From contig NC_091289.1 in assembly GCF_032444005.1 (NCBI RefSeq), positions 4,836,001-4,900,000 on the forward strand: DNA of 64,000 nucleotides. The letters are read 5' to 3'. The position numbers and the translations under genes were made by a program. Of this stretch, positions 60,599 through 64,000 are shown piece after piece. Source of the DNA: Ranitomeya imitator. Lineage: Eukaryota. Position 1 is the stretch's first letter; each line of letters starts with the position of its first letter. Below the pieces are notes generated by a model. The model was not told the DNA's origin and did no database searches. It saw nothing but the letters and a program-made list of their open reading frames with translations.

Positions 60599-61243
60599 TG
60601 TACAGTGTCCGTATTGTATTTTGTGCTGTTTTTTTATTGCTTATTTCCATACCACCTTGCTGCGTGCAGTTTTATGTTGCTTTGTGGAGTGTTCCTTACA
60701 ATAACCTTCCTGTAGGAGCCTCTCTGTCCCTGGTGTTTCCTAAGTTATTGGTGACATAACGTGGATTACTCTGTGAATGATGTAAGCAGAACAACTGCAG
60801 CATGAAGCTGTGTGTGAACAGAGGCCGGCCGCGCTGCTGGAGGTGAAGGTTTGAGTAATTGTTGTTACATGGACGATAATGGAGAGAAATCGAATCGTCT
60901 AATTCTCACCGGACACCGTGAATCCCACGGCGGATAATTGTGCCCCTTACCTGCCGCCCACCAGTGCCCGTAGTGAAGCTATCTGGGCTCTGACTGCTTG
61001 TTATCAGAGATTATTGGTGTCCCTCGAACCAGAATCTGCCGAATTCTTCTACTCCAACACTGCAGTAATCTTCCCTTAAGATATACAGTATGTAAAATAG
61101 GGCGCGGGTCAGTGAGGGAGCAGTGACCTGCCAGAAGCCATACTGATGAATACCTAAGCAGAGCACCACATAAAGCCCCGCCCCAGAGCACGAGCATATC
61201 ATTAACTGAAAACTACAAATCCAGATTCTACAAGACTGATTTC

Positions 61244-63027
61244 ATCCCCAGGTATCAGTATGATCAGTATAACAGGACAGACCTGACACTGTCTGTAGTC
61301 ACTGAGCACAATCCTGATCACAGGTATCAGTGTAATCAGTATAACGGCACCGACCTGACACTGTCTGTAGTCACTGAGCACAATCCTGATCACAGGTATC
61401 AGTGTAATCAGTATAACGGCACCGACCTGACACTGTCTGTAGTCACTGAGCACAATCCTGATCACAGGTATCAGTTTAATCAGTATAATGGCACCGACCT
61501 GACACTGTAGTCACTGAGCACAATCCTGATCACAGGTATCAGTGTAATCAGTATAACGGCACCGACCTGACACTGTCTGTAGTCACTGAGCACAATCCTG
61601 ATCACAGGTATCAGTGTAATCAGTACAACGGCACCGACCTGACACTGTCTGTAGTCACTGAGCACAATCCTGATCACAGGTATCAGTTTAATCAGTATAA
61701 TGGCACCGACCTGACACTGTAGTCACTGATCACAATCCTGATCACAGGTATCAGTGTAATCAGTATAACGGCACCGACCTGACACTGTCTGTAGTCACTG
61801 AGCACAATCCTGCTGACAGGTATCAGTGTAATCAGTATAACGGCGCCGACCTGACACTGTCTGTAGTCACTGAGCACAATCCTGATCACAGGTATCAGTG
61901 TAATCAGTATAACGGCACCGACCTGACACTGTCTGTAGTCACTGAGCACAATCCTGATCACAGGTATCAGTGTAATCAGTATAACGGCACCGACCTGACA
62001 CTGTCTGTAGTCACTGAGCACAATCCTGATCACAGGTATCAGTATAATCAGTATAACGGCACCGACCTGACACTGTAGTCACTGAGCACAATCCTGATCA
62101 CAGGTATCAGTGTAATCAGTACAACGGCACCGACCTGACACTGTCTGTAGTCACTGAGCACAATCCTGATCACAGGTATCAGTTTAATCAGTATAATGGC
62201 ACCGACCTGACACTGTAGTCACTGATCACAATCCTGATCACAGGTATCAGTGTAATCAGTATAACGGCACCAACCTGACACTGTCTGTAGTCACTGAGCA
62301 CAATCCTGCTGACAGGTATCAGTGTAATCAGTATAACGGCGCCGACCTGACACTGTCTGTAGTCACTGAGCACAATCCTGATCACAGGTATCAGTGTAAT
62401 CAGTATAACGGCACCGACCTGACACTGTCTGTAGTCACTGAGCACAATCCTGATCACAGGTATCAGTGTAATCAGTATAACGGCACCGACCTGACACTGT
62501 CTGTAGTCACTGAGCACAATCCTGATCACAGGTATCAGTATAATCAGTATAACGGCACCGACCTGACACTAGTCACTGAGCACAATCCTGATCACAGGTA
62601 TCAGTATAACAGCACCGACCTGACAGTGTCTGTAGTTACTGAGCACAATCCTGATCATAGGTATCAGTGTAATCAGTATAATGGCGCCGACTTGACACTG
62701 TCTGTAGTCACTGAGCACAATCCTGATCACAGGTATCAGTGTAATCAGTATAACGGCACCGACCTGACACTGTAGTCACTGAGCACAATCCTGATCACAG
62801 GTATCAGTATAACAGCACCGACCTGACAGTGTCTGTAGTTACTGAGCACAATCCTGATCATAGGTATCAGTGTAATCAGTATAATGGCGCCGACTTGACA
62901 CTGTCTGTAGTCACTGAGCACAATCCTGATCACAGGTATCAGTGTAATCAGTATAACGGCACCGACCTGACACTGTAGTCACTGAGCACAATCCTGATCA
63001 CAGGTATCAGTGTAATCAGTATAACGG
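61244..63027. repeat. 72-bp satellite, ~25 copies, with higher-order structure
   Basis: Unit CAGGTATCAGTGTAATCAGTATAACGGCACCGACCTGACACTGTCTGTAGTCACTGAGCACAATCCTGATCA. Confidence 0.96.
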
Positions 63028-64000
63028 CAGAATATGTGCTCCGCTGCTATCTCTCAGGTATGGCCGCCCCGAGAGGACAGATCCCGTTCTGCTCTGCTGA
63101 AATCAGAAGATGGGCGCTGAGGACCTCGTCTGATCCGCAGACCGTCTGCAGCCAGCGAGTGGCGGTGTGATGTGCCGTTACGGCATGAGTGGCTCGCGTG
63201 TTACCATAGAGAGGGGTGAGGAATCTTTTTTCTGCCACGGGCCTTTTGGATATTTATACCGTCCTTCGGGGGCCGTACAAACTCCGCCCACAAAGTCCAT
63301 CCTGACTCTGGCACTGGTGTCAGCACGTGATCTTTCATTGCATGCCCTTCAGGGTTCAGTAGTGAACACTGTGTAATAACAGAGCAAGAAGAAACTAATG
63401 AGCTGGTTGTAATCAAAATACACCTCCCTGCCCAAGAATGCGGCCCCTGAGAATCCGCTCGGGGGCCTGATAAAAGGTCATCGAGGGCCGTCAATGGCCC
63501 TGAGGCCTGAGGTTCCCCACCCCTGCCGTAGAGGGAGACCATGCCGCTGAGAAGGGTCCTGCCTGTGGGGTCTTGGGTCGTGTTTTTCTCTGTGGGTGGG
63601 GAGACCGTGGATTCGGCTGTCCGCAGAGCGATGATGGCGCACAGGCCGCCACCTCTGTGGATCATCGGCTTTTTCCAGTTTTTTGCGTTTCCCTTTAAGG
63701 TTTTTACTTCGTCTTTGTTTTCTCTGTTTTCTTTAAAGTAAAAACCTGTAACAGCTTAATGCATCCGGAGGGAAGGATGCGGTTCCCATGGAGACGGTGC
63801 GAGCCGCTCGCTCTACACGGCACCGCTGACATAATGCACCGCTGATGATGTCACACGTTACAGCCTGTGACCTCACCGCGTCCTCCCGGGGTCGTCCTGC
63901 AGTCTGTGGGGTGAGTGATCGCCTGCACCCACCAGAAGCGTCCTTACATCGGGGCTGCACTCAGGCGCTGCCGCTGCTCCTCTGTACACGGCTGCTAATT

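Noticed and set aside
60940-61075. Possible minus-strand exon ending in CAG|GTAAGG
   Set aside because: All three frames from the nearest plausible acceptor contain stops, and there is no recognisable homology
63030-64000. Start of a neighbouring gene such as GRM2 (next to TEX264 in human)
   Set aside because: No recognisable peptide on either strand; only short ORFs

Overview
Vertebrate genomic DNA, most likely anuran (inferred from the repeat families; species not determinable by eye). Two intact multi-exon genes lie in tandem on the + strand: NPRL2 (GATOR1 subunit; coding exons 4556-10534, probably with the first base of the start codon at 2394) and TEX264 (ER-phagy receptor; 4 coding exons, 27790-52677). 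The remainder is repeat. About 20 unrelated GC-rich minisatellites account for roughly 24 kb by hand sum. There are four Tc1-type DNA transposons (one nearly intact), two TTAA-flanked piggyBac-like non-autonomous elements nested inside Tc1 transposase genes, several 3-bp-TSD PIF/Harbinger-type MITEs, a V-SINE, two CR1 LINE fragments and two assembly gaps. Almost all long ORFs in the supplied track are translations of tandem repeats. I found no evidence of a wholly new multi-gene system. The best leads are: a start codon apparently split (A|TG) across a 2.16-kb repeat-filled intron in NPRL2; a TEX264 tail that keeps the LIR but has poly-Ala where the human p97-binding SHP box lies; a duplicated CLEAR/E-box plus CRE cassette upstream of TEX264; a Tc1 one homopolymer base away from a full transposase; tandem arrays of the SINE/tRNA A-box head; and multi-level transposon nesting. 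All comparisons to human proteins are from memory and were not computed.
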